A DNA stretch of 64,000 nt, taken from positions 19,092-83,091 of IMG/VR virus record IMGVR_UViG_3300033156_000141, one strand, 5' to 3'. The position numbers were made by a program, and so were the translations under genes. The notes under the pieces are model-generated. The model worked only from the letters and a program-made list of their open reading frames with translations, was not told the DNA's origin and did no database searches. This stretch comes from a virus. Lineage: Duplodnaviria; Heunggongvirae; Uroviricota; Caudoviricetes. Shown here one piece after another: positions 63,210-64,000 of this stretch (the first letter of the stretch is position 1; every line of letters begins with the position of its first letter).

Positions 63210-63217
63210 TTACTATC
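63205..63217. repeat. GATAGTTACTATC palindrome copy
   Basis: Perfect palindrome overlapping the stop of 62508..63209. Confidence 0.8.
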
Positions 63218-63274
63218 TAAAAGTTTATAGGAGTAGGAATATATTATAATCAATGTCTGAGGTGAAATAGAGAT

Positions 63275-63511
63275 ATGAGAGATTATACTAACAACAATGA
63301 GACTACAGCTAGAGAATCTAGAATGGTAATAACAATACCATATTCACCTTATGCTAGTATGAAATGTCCTAGATGTAACTATCCTGTTATACCAGAGTGG
63401 AACTACTGTCCTAGATGTGGAGAGAGACTACGACACATAGAAATAGACTATCCGTATATAGATATTGAACCTGTATGGGAGAGCATATTAGGAAGAGTAT
63501 GGGTTAGATAG
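63275..63511 (+). CDS. small zinc-ribbon protein (CPRCNY...CPRCGE)
   Basis: Two CxxC pairs. Confidence 0.45.
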   Translation: MRDYTNNNETTARESRMVITIPYSPYASMKCPRCNYPVIPEWNYCPRCGERLRHIEIDYPYIDIEPVWESILGRVWVR

Positions 63512-63524
63512 GAGGTTATTAGAT

Positions 63525-64000
63525 ATGGATAAAGTAATTGAAGAGTTCAAGAAAAGATACTGGAAATCTATATCTAAGAAAAAGAATGTACATGGATTCA
63601 GTGGTGTTCTTAGACCTAGAATAAGGAATGGGAAAGAGATACCTGATACTAGCTGTGTGAGAATCTATGTTGAGAAGAAAGAACCATTTGAGTCTCTAGC
63701 AGCTAAAGACATCATACCAAGACATCTGGATATTGGAAATGATGTGGTAGAAACAGATGTGGTAGAACTAGAGAGAATGTATTATGTGGAAGAAATACCA
63801 TGTAGATGTGTAGCAGTAAAGACTGATTCTCCAAATGATCATCAGAAACGTTACAGACCTATAGTAGCTGGAATTTCATGTATTCACAAGGATGGTACAG
63901 CTTGTACTTTAAACTGGTTCTATGAAAGAAATGGAGAAATCTATGTAGGACTCAATAATCATTGCGGATCTCTTGAGAACAAAGCTAAGATAGGTGATGA
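63525..64000 (+). CDS. hypothetical protein, 3'-truncated at window edge
   Basis: ATG with SD AGGAGGTTATTAGATATG; ORF open to the end of the window (…CRCVAVKTDSPNDHQKRYRPIVAGISCIHKDGTACTLNWF…). Confidence 0.4.
   Translation, partial: MDKVIEEFKKRYWKSISKKKNVHGFSGVLRPRIRNGKEIPDTSCVRIYVEKKEPFESLAAKDIIPRHLDIGNDVVETDVVELERMYYVEEIPCRCVAVKTDSPNDHQKRYRPIVAGISCIHKDGTACTLNWFYERNGEIYVGLNNHCGSLENKAKIGD

Noticed and set aside
1-64000. CRISPR array or other long tandem repeats
   Set aside because: No regularly spaced direct repeats of 25-40 bp were seen. The only periodic elements are the ~47-bp promoter copies, each separated by a whole gene of 300-600 bp, and the dispersed 13-bp palindrome.

Overview
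The window is an AT-rich (roughly one-third GC), almost entirely plus-strand dsDNA virus segment with very many short genes. Gene content points to a tailed virus (Caudoviricetes-like) of a low-GC archaeon. The evidence for this is a terminase large subunit, RadA with an N-terminal HhH domain, a Hef/XPF ERCC4 nuclease, family-B DNA polymerase, an AEP primase-polymerase-like protein, TATA/BRE-type promoters plus Shine-Dalgarno sites, oligo-T terminators, and dozens of tiny zinc-ribbon proteins.

Layout:
- 0-3 kb: end of a structural block, a small-terminase-like ORF and the large terminase.
- 3.3-4.1 kb: a lone minus-strand HTH/nuclease-like mobile ORF.
- 4.2-8.5 kb: nine single-gene cassettes, each driven by a conserved ~47 bp promoter with a palindromic operator.
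- 13.8-16.8 kb: a complete ubiquitin-like conjugation operon (Ubl, E2-like, E1/ThiF, JAB).
- 18.8-20 kb: an HNH endonuclease and a frameshifted metallophosphoesterase.
- 20.6-20.85 kb: two paralogous structured RNA-like hairpins, each with its own TATA box.
- 22.8 kb: an ATP-dependent ligase.
- 24.8-30.5 kb: a family of small proteins with a conserved C-terminal tail, followed by a MoxR AAA+ ATPase and a VWA/metallopeptidase gene that carries an intein. A LAGLIDADG homing-endonuclease ORF sits out of frame inside the intein.
- 30.8-32.4 kb: an SPFH gene precisely split by a nuclease-ORF-carrying insertion, probably a group I intron.
- 33.9-48 kb: a P-loop ATPase, a radical-SAM/SPASM enzyme with neighbouring paralog families, a dNMP-kinase-like protein, prim-pol, DNA methyltransferase, SPOUT methyltransferase, MazG and a DUF4406-like protein.
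- 48.5-63.2 kb: a second DNA methyltransferase, a Vsr-like endonuclease, DHH phosphoesterase, RNase H, SWIM finger, RadA with an intein in its P-loop, Hef/XPF, ParB-nuclease, PolB and an NrdG-like radical-SAM protein.

A 13-bp palindrome, GATAGT(A/T)ACTATC, recurs throughout in both intergenic and coding positions. Most minus-strand ORFs in the supplied track overlap plus-strand genes and are treated as spurious.
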